NCBI GenBank assembly: GCA_020852515.1
Contig: JADZAS010000030.1
Span: 222,031-286,030 of the forward strand
DNA from: Phycisphaerales bacterium
Lineage (GTDB): Bacteria; Planctomycetota; Phycisphaerae; Phycisphaerales; UBA5793
DNA: 64,000 nucleotides
Reading direction: 5' to 3'
In this document: in pieces, positions 19,101 through 28,113 of the stretch
How the letters are laid out: every line of letters begins with the position of its first letter
Position numbering within the stretch: position 1 is the stretch's first letter
The notes under the pieces: model-generated
The model's input: only the letters and a program-made list of their open reading frames with translations
Told to the model about the DNA's origin: nothing
The model's database searches: none
Translations under genes and position numbers: made by a program

Positions 19101-19664
19101 CTACAGAATCGGCATGCCCGTGATGCGCGACTCGAAGGCGATCTGGCCGTCCACGAGCCCCTGCGTGTCGCAGACGAATCGCTTGATGTGGAACTTCACC
19201 TGGTTGGCGAGGATGATGAGCGTGTCGCCGGGCGTGACTTTCCTGCGGAACTTCGTGTCTTCGATGCGGGTAAAGCCCACGAATTCGTATTCGATGATCT
19301 TGCGGGACTGGAACATCCACGAAGTCAGCTGGGCGGCGGCCTCGACCATCATCACGGCAGGCATGACCGGATAGCCGGGAATGTGCCCGGCGCACCACCA
19401 CTCGTCGCCGCGCACGTAGCGCGTGGCGATGGCCTGGGCGAAACCTTCGCCGACCCAGGCGATGCGGTCAATCTGCTGGGCCTCGCCGCGGTGCTTGTTG
19501 ATGGCCTGGATGCCATCGAGATCGACCGCGGTGGCGTTGAGGTCGATTCCCTCAATGTCAAACAGGAGCGGCGGCGCTGCGGGTCGCAGCGGGCTCAACG
19601 GAATTCGGTCTTCGGACCCCACGAAAACGGCCCTCGGCTGCGAGACCGTAGCCTGTCTACTCAC
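19101..19664 (-). CDS. FabZ/FabA-family hot-dog fold dehydratase paralogue
   Basis: HIPGYPVMPAVMMVEAAAQ corresponds to the FabZ active-site region (HFPGxPxMPGVLxxEAxAQ). The N-terminal ~60 aa are atypical. Confidence 0.7.
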   Translation of the reverse strand: MSRQATVSQPRAVFVGSEDRIPLSPLRPAAPPLLFDIEGIDLNATAVDLDGIQAINKHRGEAQQIDRIAWVGEGFAQAIATRYVRGDEWWCAGHIPGYPVMPAVMMVEAAAQLTSWMFQSRKIIEYEFVGFTRIEDTKFRRKVTPGDTLIILANQVKFHIKRFVCDTQGLVDGQIAFESRITGMPIL

Positions 19665-19730
19665 GTTGGCCTCACTCGGAAATGCGCCGACCGTGCGACG
19701 CGGGACGGTCGGCAGGTGTGGTTGACCTGT

Positions 19731-19919
19731 TTACGAGCCCGGCGTCGAGGGCTGGTCACGCATCGACAGAATGGCGTTTCTGACTTCCTGGCACGCGGCC
19801 TTGATGTCCTGCATGGTCTTGCGGGCACGCGTTCCGGCGGCCTTGTTGCCGCCTTCAGCCTTGCGGATGTCTTCTTCCGCATCAGCCACGAGCCGCTTCA
19901 GGTTCTCATATGCTTCCAT
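19731..19919 (-). CDS. histone H1-like DNA-binding protein (Hc1-type)
   Basis: The 62-aa sequence MEAYENLKRLVADAEEDIRKAEGGNKAAGTRARKTMQDIKAACQEVRNAI carries the GNKAAGTRARK core typical of bacterial H1/Hc1-like proteins. AAGGAGAA lies before the ATG. Confidence 0.7.
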   Translation of the reverse strand: MEAYENLKRLVADAEEDIRKAEGGNKAAGTRARKTMQDIKAACQEVRNAILSMRDQPSTPGS

Positions 19920-20032
19920 GGTTCTCCTTACCCACTTTCAACGAGGTGTATGGTTTCCCTGGGGCGGCGCAGTGGCCGCATCACAATATAGCACCGCTCA
20001 GGCGGCTGCGGACGAGTCCAGAAGCCCAAAAA

Positions 20033-20608
20033 TCAGCATTGGGGGCCTGTGCGGATTTCCTTCACCAGCGTGAGGCACTCGCGGAACTGCGGGTGGCCGG
20101 CGTCGCGCAATAACTCGTAAGTCGCTGATACACAACCGGTTATCGCCGCCCCTCCCCTCTCCAGGCGCCGCAGTGCCGGGGCGATCTGATCCGCCTCGCC
20201 GCCTGAAATCGCGTCTGAAACCGCAAAAACGAGTTTCCCCAAATGCAGCAGATCGAGCCCGGTTTGCAGCACACAGACGTGGGCCTCGATGCCGCAGATC
20301 AGCACATTTGGCCGGCCAGCGCTCACCAGCCAGTTTCGCACGGGCTCCACGCAGGCGCTGAAACGCGTCTTTTCGAACACCGGCGTTCCGGGCGGCAGCG
20401 CCTCGGAGATGGGCCTCACCGTGTGTCCCAAGCCCTTGACGTATTGCTCTGTCACGGCCACCGGCAGGCCGAGCACGCCGGCGCAGCGGGCCAGAAAACG
20501 GCAGCGCTCGACCAGACGCTCCGACTCAATCATCTCGCCAGTCAGCCGCTCCTGCACATCGATGATCAGCAGGCAGGTCGTTTCCGGTTTGAGTCGCGCC
20601 AGAGGCAT
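20033..20608 (-). CDS. isochorismatase-family (cysteine) hydrolase
   Basis: CLLIIDVQERL, followed later by VLICGIEAHVCVLQTGLDLL, a catalytic Cys context. Start trimmed to MPLARLKPE (ATG 20608). Confidence 0.8.
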   Translation of the reverse strand: MPLARLKPETTCLLIIDVQERLTGEMIESERLVERCRFLARCAGVLGLPVAVTEQYVKGLGHTVRPISEALPPGTPVFEKTRFSACVEPVRNWLVSAGRPNVLICGIEAHVCVLQTGLDLLHLGKLVFAVSDAISGGEADQIAPALRRLERGGAAITGCVSATYELLRDAGHPQFRECLTLVKEIRTGPQC

Positions 20609-20727
20609 GCGTGTCCGCCATGCTGAGCCGCAGCCGCACCCAACGGGATGCGTTGCGGTCGATACCATTTGCCCTGTCGGCCGAGCGACCGACGCCCACT
20701 CATCTTATCAGGAAAGCGATCTCAGCG

Positions 20728-21276
20728 ATGGCCAGCAAGAAGAAGCAATCGAGCGGCAGTAAGCGCCCAGCTCGAAAAACGACCGCAGCCAAATCCAGCC
20801 GCACGACGACGGCGAAGAAAAAACCGACGAGGGCCGGCAGCCACAGCAGCAAGGCAAAGCCGAAGCGCGATCCGCTCGCGCCGCGCACGGTGACGACCGG
20901 CAAGGGGCCGAGCCCGGGTGAGATCGGCGCTTCTCTGGTGGACATGTTCAATCGCGGCCTGCTTCACGAGATCGAAGCAAAGTGGTGGTCGCCCGGAATC
21001 GTTTCGATTGAGGGCATGGGCCAGGCGTGGGACGGTCGCGCCGCCGTGGATGGCAAGAACCAGTGGTGGGCTCAGACCAACCGCATGGTCGCGGGCAGCG
21101 CGGAAGGCCCCTTCGTCGGCGCGACCGGCTTTGCCGTGAAGTTTCACCTCGAAGTCGAGGAGATCGCCACCGGCCGGCGCAGCATCATGGATGAAGTCGG
21201 CGTGTACACCGTCAAGGACGGCAAGATCGTGCAGGAAGAGTTCATGTACGGCGCGCCGCCCGCGGCCTCAGCCTGA
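20728..21276 (+). CDS. NTF2/SnoaL-like fold protein with Lys/Ala/Thr/Ser-rich basic N-terminal tail
   Basis: N-terminal tail is MASKKKQSSGSKRPARKTTAAKSSRTTTAKKKPTRAGSHSSKAKPKRD. A ~130-aa globular part follows, ending YTVKDGKIVQEEFMY, which is the SnoaL-like pattern. The fold call is by pattern only. Confidence 0.55.
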   Translation: MASKKKQSSGSKRPARKTTAAKSSRTTTAKKKPTRAGSHSSKAKPKRDPLAPRTVTTGKGPSPGEIGASLVDMFNRGLLHEIEAKWWSPGIVSIEGMGQAWDGRAAVDGKNQWWAQTNRMVAGSAEGPFVGATGFAVKFHLEVEEIATGRRSIMDEVGVYTVKDGKIVQEEFMYGAPPAASA

Positions 21277-22008
21277 TCCGCCATCGCAATCAAACCAGAT
21301 GAGATGATGCGCCTCTTCGACGCGCGGCGGCTGGAACCCCGCGCGCTGCGCCAGCGCTGCCAGTTCATCCGTGCGCCACAGGCGATGCAGCGTGTCGCTG
21401 TCCTTGAAGTGCTCGCAAGCCTCATCAATCTCATCGCCGCAGCGCAGCGCGATGAGGCCGCGCTGGGCATCGAGGATCATCTGGCACGAGCCGTCTTCGC
21501 TCAACCCTGTCTGCCAGTCGCCGGATTCGACGAGCGACCACAGTTCGCCCGGGAAGTTGTCGATGACCAGCGCGCCGCCGTCTTCCAGCGTGCCGTTCAT
21601 ACGGCTGAACACTTCGGCGGCCGTGTCGTCCTCGGTCACCAGCATCCACGTGTGGCCGAGGCAGAGGATGAGATCAAATCGGCCGGGGATGCGCGAGGCC
21701 TGCCGGGAATCGGTGAAATCGGCGTCAATGATCTGCACGCGCTGGTGGCCGCGGGCTGGGCGCGATGCTCTGCTCAGCCGCTGCCGCGCCGCCTTACGGG
21801 CTCGCGGATCGACATCGACGCCGACCGCGCGCGTGCTGAGGGGGGCCAGTTGCTCGAGCACCGATCCGTCGCCGCAGCCCAGATCAAGCACCTGCCGCGC
21901 GGCGGCGGGCCGGCTCTCCAGCCAGCGGCGAAGCGCGGAAATCTGCGACTGCCGTAGCACGGGCTCGAGTGGAGCCCAATCATCGAGAGGGGCCTCGGAT
22001 GCGTTCAT
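21268..22008 (-). CDS. class I SAM-dependent methyltransferase
   Basis: Motif [16 protein letters not shown], followed by a Rossmann-like body. Confidence 0.8.
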   Translation of the reverse strand: MNASEAPLDDWAPLEPVLRQSQISALRRWLESRPAAARQVLDLGCGDGSVLEQLAPLSTRAVGVDVDPRARKAARQRLSRASRPARGHQRVQIIDADFTDSRQASRIPGRFDLILCLGHTWMLVTEDDTAAEVFSRMNGTLEDGGALVIDNFPGELWSLVESGDWQTGLSEDGSCQMILDAQRGLIALRCGDEIDEACEHFKDSDTLHRLWRTDELAALAQRAGFQPPRVEEAHHLIWFDCDGGSG

Positions 22009-22031
22009 CCCAACAATGTACGGGGATCGCG

Positions 22032-24512
22032 ATGATCAAACCAGTCAAGCGCTTCGGCCGCGGACCCGCGGTGTGGCTCGCCGCCGCGCTTGCAGCCGGC
22101 GCCTCGCCCGATCCGCACAACCCCCCGCCCGGTACGACTCCCCCTCCCGAAGGTGAGGTTTCCATGCCTGCTCAAGACTCCGCCCAGCCGAAGCACACGA
22201 ATCGTCTGGCGCAGGAGACCAGTCCCTATCTGCTCCAACATGCCCACAATCCCGTGGACTGGTGGCCGTGGGGACCGGAGGCGTTCGCCGAAGCGCGCCG
22301 CCGACAGGTGCCCATTCTCGTCTCCATCGGCTACTCGACGTGCTACTGGTGCCATGTCATGGAGCGCGAATCGTTCGAAAACGAGGACATCGCCCGACTG
22401 ATGAACGAGCGCTTCGTGTGCATCAAGGTGGATCGCGAAGAGCGGCCGGATGTCGATGACCTCTACATGACGGCGGTCGTGGCGATGACGGGTCAGGGCG
22501 GCTGGCCGATGAATGTGTTTCTCACGCCTCCGCCGCCTGATGATCTGCCCGAGGGCGAGCAGTGGACGGCGCTGGCGCCGTTCTGGGGCGGGACGTATTT
22601 TCCGCCGCAGGACGCCATGGGCCGGCCCGGCTGGTCGCGCGTCGTCGAGTCGCTCAGCGAAGCCTGGAAAACCCAGCGCGCCGACGTGATCGAACAGTCC
22701 AGGCGCCTCGCCGACGCCGTGCGCGAGCAATTGTCGCTCCAGAGCAGTGCTGCGCCGATCGGCCCGGGCGACGTGAGCGCCGCCGTCGTCACCCTGCTGC
22801 GCATCTTCGACCGCACTCACGGAGGCTTCGGGCAGGCGCCCAAGTTTCCCCAGCCGGTCTTCCTCGAACTGCTCATGGCCAGCCGCGACTCCGTCAGCGG
22901 CGCCGACACTCAACAGCGCGTCGATGAGGCACTGAGCCTGACGCTCGACCGCATGGCCATGGGCGGGATGTACGACCAGGCGGGCGGCGGCTTTCACCGC
23001 TATAGCACCGATGCGCAGTGGATCGTGCCGCATTTTGAAAAGATGCTCTACGACAACGGCCAACTCGCCGAGGTCTATGCGAAGGCCGCCGAGAGCACCG
23101 GCGATGCGTATTACCGTCGCATCGCCGATGAGATCTGCGCCTATGTCTTGCGCGAGATGACGGACGAGAAGACCGGCGCGTTCTACAGCGCGCAGGATGC
23201 CGAGGTGAATCACCGCGAGGGGCTCAACTACCTCTGGACGCCCGATCAGGTGCGCGAGGCACTGACGAAAGCGGGCGAGGGCGAACTCGTCGATCTGGCC
23301 ATTCGCGCCTACGGGCTCGACCAGCCTCCCAACTTCCGCGACCCGCACCACCCTGAGGATGAGCCGATGCACATCCTCGCGCTGATGATGCATCCCGAGC
23401 CGCTGGCGCGGGCGATGAACCTGAGCGCCGAGCAGGTCATGGAGCGCCTCGATCGCATTGACGCAGCGCTGCTCGAGGTACGCACTACGCGCGAGCAGCC
23501 GGGCACGGATGACAAGACCCTCGCCGGGTGGAACGGTCTGATGATCGCCGGCCTGGCGGAGGCGTCGCGCGCGCTCGACAAACCCGAATACCGCGAGGCG
23601 GCCGCTCGGGCGTGGACGTTCATCAACACTTCGATGCGCGATGAAGGCGGCACGCTGCTGCGCTCCTGGCGCGCCGGGCGCGCGGCCATTCCCGCCTTCT
23701 GCGAGGACTACGCGCTGCTCGCCCACGGCCTGCTCGCGCTGCACCGCTGCAATCCCAAAGCGGGCTATGCCGACGCCGCCGCAAACCTCATGGATGAAGC
23801 ACGGCAACTCTTCTGGGATTCCAATCGCGGCGGATGGTTCGACACGCGCGAAGGCAGCACCGACGTCTTCTTCCGCGCGCGCTCGCTGCACGACGGCGCC
23901 CTGCCCGCGGCAACGAGCATCATGCTCAACAACCTGATCGACCTGCACGAGATCACCGGCGAGCAGCGCTGGCTCGATGACGCGATCGCAGCGCTCACGG
24001 CCATCTCGGGCGACCTGCATCAGAACCCCACGGCCATGGCCAACTCGACGCGCGCCCTGCTCCGCCTGCTCGAGGTTGATCCCCAGCGCGTGCATCACAT
24101 CGGCCGCGACGGCGTCGATCCGAACCGCATTGTCGAACTGGCGGCGTCGGTCGAGGAGATCGACCTGACCAGCGAGATGTCCTTCGAGTTCGCGATTACG
24201 CTCATGGCGCGGCGCGGCTATCACATCAATGCCGCCGAGCCGGGCAGCGATCAGGTCGTGCCGCTGTCATTCGAACTGCGCGATGGCGCCGGCCTGGCGC
24301 TGGCGCCGGCCTATCCGGAAGGCACGGAATTCGGCGTGGGCGGTGAAACGATCCGCGTGTACGAACAGTCCGTGACGGTGCCGATGTTGATTCGCCGGGT
24401 GGGCGAGGTGACCGGCGAGCCGGTGCTGGTCGTGACGTTCCAGGCGTGCAACGACACCTCGTGTCTCGCGCCGGTGACGGAAGAGGCGCCGGTGAAGTTG
24501 AAGGTGCGCTGA
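22032..24512 (+). CDS. thioredoxin-fold DUF255/YyaL-like protein with (alpha/alpha)6-barrel-like middle region and C-terminal DsbD-N-terminal-like domain
   Basis: [22 protein letters not shown]...[16 protein letters not shown] carries a CxxC. The C-terminus [10 protein letters not shown]...YPEG...[14 protein letters not shown] resembles nDsbD. Start uncertain: ATG 22032 gives a signal-peptide-like [24 protein letters not shown], whereas ATG 22164 has a better SD. Confidence 0.8.
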   Translation: MIKPVKRFGRGPAVWLAAALAAGASPDPHNPPPGTTPPPEGEVSMPAQDSAQPKHTNRLAQETSPYLLQHAHNPVDWWPWGPEAFAEARRRQVPILVSIGYSTCYWCHVMERESFENEDIARLMNERFVCIKVDREERPDVDDLYMTAVVAMTGQGGWPMNVFLTPPPPDDLPEGEQWTALAPFWGGTYFPPQDAMGRPGWSRVVESLSEAWKTQRADVIEQSRRLADAVREQLSLQSSAAPIGPGDVSAAVVTLLRIFDRTHGGFGQAPKFPQPVFLELLMASRDSVSGADTQQRVDEALSLTLDRMAMGGMYDQAGGGFHRYSTDAQWIVPHFEKMLYDNGQLAEVYAKAAESTGDAYYRRIADEICAYVLREMTDEKTGAFYSAQDAEVNHREGLNYLWTPDQVREALTKAGEGELVDLAIRAYGLDQPPNFRDPHHPEDEPMHILALMMHPEPLARAMNLSAEQVMERLDRIDAALLEVRTTREQPGTDDKTLAGWNGLMIAGLAEASRALDKPEYREAAARAWTFINTSMRDEGGTLLRSWRAGRAAIPAFCEDYALLAHGLLALHRCNPKAGYADAAANLMDEARQLFWDSNRGGWFDTREGSTDVFFRARSLHDGALPAATSIMLNNLIDLHEITGEQRWLDDAIAALTAISGDLHQNPTAMANSTRALLRLLEVDPQRVHHIGRDGVDPNRIVELAASVEEIDLTSEMSFEFAITLMARRGYHINAAEPGSDQVVPLSFELRDGAGLALAPAYPEGTEFGVGGETIRVYEQSVTVPMLIRRVGEVTGEPVLVVTFQACNDTSCLAPVTEEAPVKLKVR

Positions 24513-24555
24513 GTTCGGCCGGTGCCGCGGGAGCGGAAAGCGGCAACGAGGATGC

Positions 24556-24580
24556 GAGCCGCCGCGTCGTGCGGCGGCTC
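24556..24580. terminator. hairpin between convergent genes (terminator candidate)
   Basis: GAGCCGCCGC-gtcgt-GCGGCGGCTC forms a perfect 10-bp stem. There is no strong U-tract on either strand. Confidence 0.35.
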
Positions 24581-24596
24581 GCCGGTGATGACCAGA

Positions 24597-25140
24597 TCAC
24601 AGTCGCCGCTTGCGGTACGCCAGCCCAACGGCAGCCATCCCCACCACTGCCAGAGCCATCGGAGTCGGCAATGGAATTGAGGTGAGTTCTCCCCGCGTGG
24701 GGTTCCAGCTCGATGATGCCTGGATAGACCAAGCCGATCCGCTCCAACTCGCCCTCGCTTCTTCCTGCTTGACGTTTCCGTTGAACGCCACGAAATCAAA
24801 GACGATCGGTTAACTGAAGCGTGTCGAACCAGATGGCCCACGTCAGGTTGGAAGTGGATGGCCCGAATGCGGTCGCCTGATACGGCGAAGCGCCTCCCCA
24901 CTCCAGCCCGTTGCTCCAGCCTCCGACGCTGAAACTCCGATGAGTGGGCGACTTAAACGTGCCGCCCGAAACCATCTGAACGGCCACGAGGTCGAACGGA
25001 CCAACGCCGCTTTCGTTAAAGGCCTGGCCCCAACTGTTTCCTGGCAGAGGGTTGCCGCTGGCCACCAGGTCGCCCCGGGCGGCGGCCGCGACAAGTGCGA
25101 CCGTCAGTCCGAAGAAGCAGACCACGTTACTTTTCCACAT
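24597..25140 (-). pseudogene. secreted PEP-CTERM-anchored protein, reading frame split by a +1 shift at CTT-TGA
   Basis: ORF 24796..25140 has GAGGAGA before its ATG and the signal peptide MWKSNVVCFFGLTVALVAAAARG. ORF 24597..24791 sits in the +1 frame, has only a GTG start, and ends IPLPTPMALAVVGMAAVGLAYRKRRL, which has the PEP-CTERM layout. The +1 frame opens only 12 nt before the TGA of the first ORF. Confidence 0.6.
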
Positions 25141-25327
25141 GGAACTATCTCCTCTCTTCGCACGGTGTGCGAACAGCGACGCGGTGGGAAGGTCTGCCTG
25201 CGGCGCGCGTCACTCGTCGCCAGCAGCATTGGAGCACATCGATTCGAACACATCGAGGAATCGCGGACCGCGCGACAAGGCGGCGCCGCTGATCTCATGC
25301 GACTCGACCACCTCCAGAGCGCGGACA

Positions 25328-25356
25328 TTGGTACCATAATGAGAATTGGATGTCAA
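25328..25356 (-). promoter_or_regulatory. sigma70-like promoter candidate in an AT-rich island (TTGACA-N17-TACCAA with TG)
   Basis: The minus strand has a perfect TTGACA (25356-25351), a 17-nt spacer, then TGgTACCAA. It sits inside the most AT-rich stretch of the window (25330-25400). Confidence 0.3.
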
Positions 25357-25602
25357 TATCCTGTATAGAAAAATGTTGATAATTCCTGCAGAAAACAAAT
25401 GCCTTATCCCGGAACCGGAATTCGGGCTTTCAGTCGTCGCGGCTGTCGCCCGCCAGCGGATCGGGCCAGGTTCATGGCCCTGGTGAAAGGCGCTGCGACG
25501 GGGCGAACTCTCGCTTGAGAGCGCGCACTCGCGGGCAGATCCTCAGCGTCGCCCCGACGCGCCGATTGCCCCTCACGGCGCCTTTACGCCGAAATACGTC
25601 GC

Positions 25603-26841
25603 ATGAACCGCTATCCCCTTCACCGCAGACCCCAGCGATGGGAAGCTCGCCTCAATCCGACGGTGATCCGGCTGTTTCGCGCACTGCGGCGGCGCAAGGC
25701 AGCGCGCGAGCAGCGGCTTGTCGAGGTCGATGTGCGCGGGGCCGATCTCGCACGCCAGGCGGTCGAGCGCGGGGCGGGAGTGCTCATCACGCCCAATCAC
25801 CCGGGACATGCGGATGCGTATGTGATGTTCGAGGCGGCCGATGCGGTGGGCGTGCCGTTCTATTACATGTCGGCGTGGCAGGTGTTTGAGATGCACGGGG
25901 CGATCGGGCGCTGGCTGCTCACGCGGCACGGGTGTTTCAGCGTCGATCGCGAGGGGGCGGACAAAGACGCGTTTCGCGCGGCGGTGGAGGTGGTGCGCGA
26001 GAAGCGCGAGCCGCTGGTCGTCTTTCCCGAAGGCGAGGTGTACCACCAGAACGATCGCGTCACGCCGTTTCGCGATGGGGCGGCGGCGATTGCGCTCAGC
26101 GCGGCAAGGAAGGCGCCGCGGCCGATCGTGGCGATCCCCTGCGCGATCAAGTATGCGTACTTGGAAGATCCGAAGCCGGCGCTGGTGGAGTTGATGGGGC
26201 GGCTGGAGAAGAAGGTGCTGTGGCGGCCGCGGCCGGACCTGCCGCTGGCGCAGCGGGTGTATCGCCTGGCGGAGGCGTTGCTGGCGCTCAAGGAGATTGA
26301 GTACCTCGGCGAGACGATGCAGGGGACGATCGCGGCGCGGCGGCTGGTGCTGGCGGATCACATCCTCAGCGGGATCGAGGGGCGGCACGGGGTGCGGCGG
26401 GTGGAGGCGCCAGCCAATGCCAGCGCGATCCCGGTGCGCGTGAAGGAGGCGCGGGCCGCGTGTTTGAAGAGGTTGGCGGAGATTGAAGAAGGCGAAAGCC
26501 GAGCGGGTGAAAGCGAGCGTCCGCAGATCGCGGCGGATCTGGATGATCTGTTCCTGGTGGTGCAGGCGTTCAGTTACCCGGGTGATTATGTGGATGAGCG
26601 GCCCAGCGTCGAGCGGCTCGCCGAGACGCTGGACAAGTTCGAGGAGGATGTGCTCGGGGCGGCGACGGCGACGGTGCGGGCCCGGCGGCGGGCGGTGGTG
26701 CAGTTCGGTGAGGCGATCGAGGTTGGCGGGGGTGAACAGCCAGCCGGCCAAGCGGCGGGCGGCGGCGGGAGGATGACGGCCGGCGAACTGACGGCCCGGC
26801 TCGAGCGGCGGGTGCAGGAGTTACTGGATGGGATGGGGTAG
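25603..26841 (+). CDS. lysophospholipid/glycerol-3-phosphate acyltransferase family (PlsC-like) protein with ~200-aa C-terminal extension
   Basis: H(X)4D box NHPGHAD and VVFPEGEV (FPEG box). Confidence 0.8.
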   Translation: MNRYPLHRRPQRWEARLNPTVIRLFRALRRRKAAREQRLVEVDVRGADLARQAVERGAGVLITPNHPGHADAYVMFEAADAVGVPFYYMSAWQVFEMHGAIGRWLLTRHGCFSVDREGADKDAFRAAVEVVREKREPLVVFPEGEVYHQNDRVTPFRDGAAAIALSAARKAPRPIVAIPCAIKYAYLEDPKPALVELMGRLEKKVLWRPRPDLPLAQRVYRLAEALLALKEIEYLGETMQGTIAARRLVLADHILSGIEGRHGVRRVEAPANASAIPVRVKEARAACLKRLAEIEEGESRAGESERPQIAADLDDLFLVVQAFSYPGDYVDERPSVERLAETLDKFEEDVLGAATATVRARRRAVVQFGEAIEVGGGEQPAGQAAGGGGRMTAGELTARLERRVQELLDGMG

Positions 26842-26979
26842 TTGCGGGCGGGGCGGCGCGGGATTGGGACCGGCGACCCGGGCGGCGGGAGGGAGTTGGG
26901 CAGGCCGGCCGGCGTCTGCGGAGGCGTTGGGCGGCGGGCACAGGTTGCGGAGAAAAAGATCATTTGCCGCAATTTCCGG

Positions 26980-27007
26980 TTGCGAACGGCGACTGATCTG
27001 GTATGCT
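26980..27007 (+). promoter_or_regulatory. sigma70-like promoter candidate upstream of the H-X9-DG gene
   Basis: TTGCGA (26980-26985), a 16-nt spacer, then TATGCT (27002-27007). It lies ~113 nt upstream of GTG 27121, which has the strong SD GAAGGAGAG. Confidence 0.3.
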
Positions 27008-27120
27008 CGTAGGGGTGAACCCCGAGGCCGGCGGGGCGGATCGTCTGCCGGTCGCGGGAGTCGTGGGATGTCAGCGGCGGCCGGCCGGGCCGCGGAGTTT
27101 GAGAGAAGAAGGAGAGCCGC

Positions 27121-27954
27121 GTGGGACGCACATCAGGCCGAGGATTTACGCTCATCGAACTGCTGGTGGTGATTTCCATTATCGCGCTGCTCATTGCACT
27201 GCTGCTGCCGGGTCTGGCGACGGCGCGCGATGCGAGCCGGCGGGCCCAGTGCCTGTCGCAGTTCCGGCAGATCGGACATGCGATGATGATCTACGCGTCG
27301 GATGAGAATGATTTTGTGCCGCGCGAAGGCAACGAGGTGGCGACGCAGGAGCGGCAAGGCGGCTGGACGACGGTGTCGCACGTGACATGGGCGATGGCGT
27401 TTCGCAAGTATCTCGCGCCGCGCAACGAGTATCTGGGCAACTACCACAACCCGCCGCCGAGCCGCTGCGACAAGTGGGTCAACGCGCGGCAGGCGTATCA
27501 GTGCCCCTCGCATCCGAACCGGAACCACAACATCTCCTACATCATCAACGGCCTGCGCTTCGATCGGCCGGGCGTGGTGAACGAGGGCAATGCGACGCAC
27601 GGCAACGGCCGCTACGCGCACCAGATCGAAAAAGCGCTCTTCGCCAGCAGCCTGGTGTACATCACCGAGTTCGAAGATGACGAGAGCAACTACTTCTACA
27701 ACGTGATGTACAACCAGTCGTGGCCGAGCAACGGCGACCGTGGTCCGGCGGGCTGGCTGGACACGTGGCGAGCGGTCCACATCACCGGCCAGTACCAGGG
27801 CACGGGCGGACGGCGCATCAACAACAAGCGCCACAAGACCGGGTCCAACGTACTCTACCTCGACGGCCACGCCGAGTATCGCACCGACGATTACATCCTC
27901 GACCTGAAAAACTGGGACGATCGGCTGTATCACTTCCAGCGCGATGCGGGTTGA
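27121..27954 (+). CDS. prepilin-type N-terminal cleavage/methylation domain protein, H-X9-DG (DUF1559-like) family
   Basis: [25 protein letters not shown] pilin-like N-terminus and a C-terminal [13 protein letters not shown] (H-X9-DG). Confidence 0.85.
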   Translation: MGRTSGRGFTLIELLVVISIIALLIALLLPGLATARDASRRAQCLSQFRQIGHAMMIYASDENDFVPREGNEVATQERQGGWTTVSHVTWAMAFRKYLAPRNEYLGNYHNPPPSRCDKWVNARQAYQCPSHPNRNHNISYIINGLRFDRPGVVNEGNATHGNGRYAHQIEKALFASSLVYITEFEDDESNYFYNVMYNQSWPSNGDRGPAGWLDTWRAVHITGQYQGTGGRRINNKRHKTGSNVLYLDGHAEYRTDDYILDLKNWDDRLYHFQRDAG

Positions 27955-27977
27955 GCCGGGGCAGGTCAAGCAGGTAG

Positions 27978-27995
27978 GTCAGGTCGAGACCTGAC
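27978..27995. repeat. hairpin GTCAGGT-cgag-ACCTGAC (copy 1)
   Basis: Perfect 7-bp stem, 24 nt after the stop of the H-X9-DG gene. It is preceded by three CAGGT pentamers at 27962, 27971 and 27980. Confidence 0.5.
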
Positions 27996-28096
27996 GATTG
28001 GAAGCGTACCGCGCTTCGGCGCACGAGGGCGTGCGCGTGCGTCGCAACGATGCGGCGGTGTGCTGTTCGCACGTCAGCCGCGCGTACACGGCGAAC

Positions 28097-28113
28097 CGTC
28101 AGGTTGCACCTGA
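28097..28113. repeat. hairpin GTCAGGT-tgc-ACCTGAC (copy 2)
   Basis: Same 7-bp stem sequence as copy 1, 119 nt downstream and ~95 nt upstream of the EVE gene start. Confidence 0.5.

Noticed and set aside
22005-24224. 739-aa ORF antisense to the DUF255 thioredoxin-fold gene, and similar long shadow ORFs (e.g. 11796-13571 opposite ftsH, 17327-18472 opposite hutH, 60711-62093 opposite the kinase)
   Set aside because: All are fully nested opposite genes with strong motif support. None has a recognisable motif or ribosome-binding context.
25210-25398. 62-aa ORF on the minus strand inside the AT-rich island
   Set aside because: It has no SD and an odd composition, and it spans the putative promoter elements. 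It is more parsimoniously non-coding control DNA.
17402-26841. Idea that hutH (ammonia-lyase), the FabZ-like dehydratase and the PlsC-like acyltransferase form an aryl-polyene/flexirubin-type biosynthetic cluster
   Set aside because: There are no ketosynthase, ACP, CoA-ligase, reductase or LolA/exporter genes. The three genes are separated by unrelated genes on different strands, and the lyase has the HAL-type SH signature rather than a TAL/PAL one.
26846-26900. Two canonical G-quadruplex motifs (GGGcGGGGcggcgcGGGattGGG and GGGcggcGGGaGGGagttGGG) just downstream of the acyltransferase stop
   Set aside because: The motifs are real in the sequence. But in ~67% GC DNA such G3+ runs are expected by chance and no functional context supports them. 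I note them only as a low-priority curiosity.
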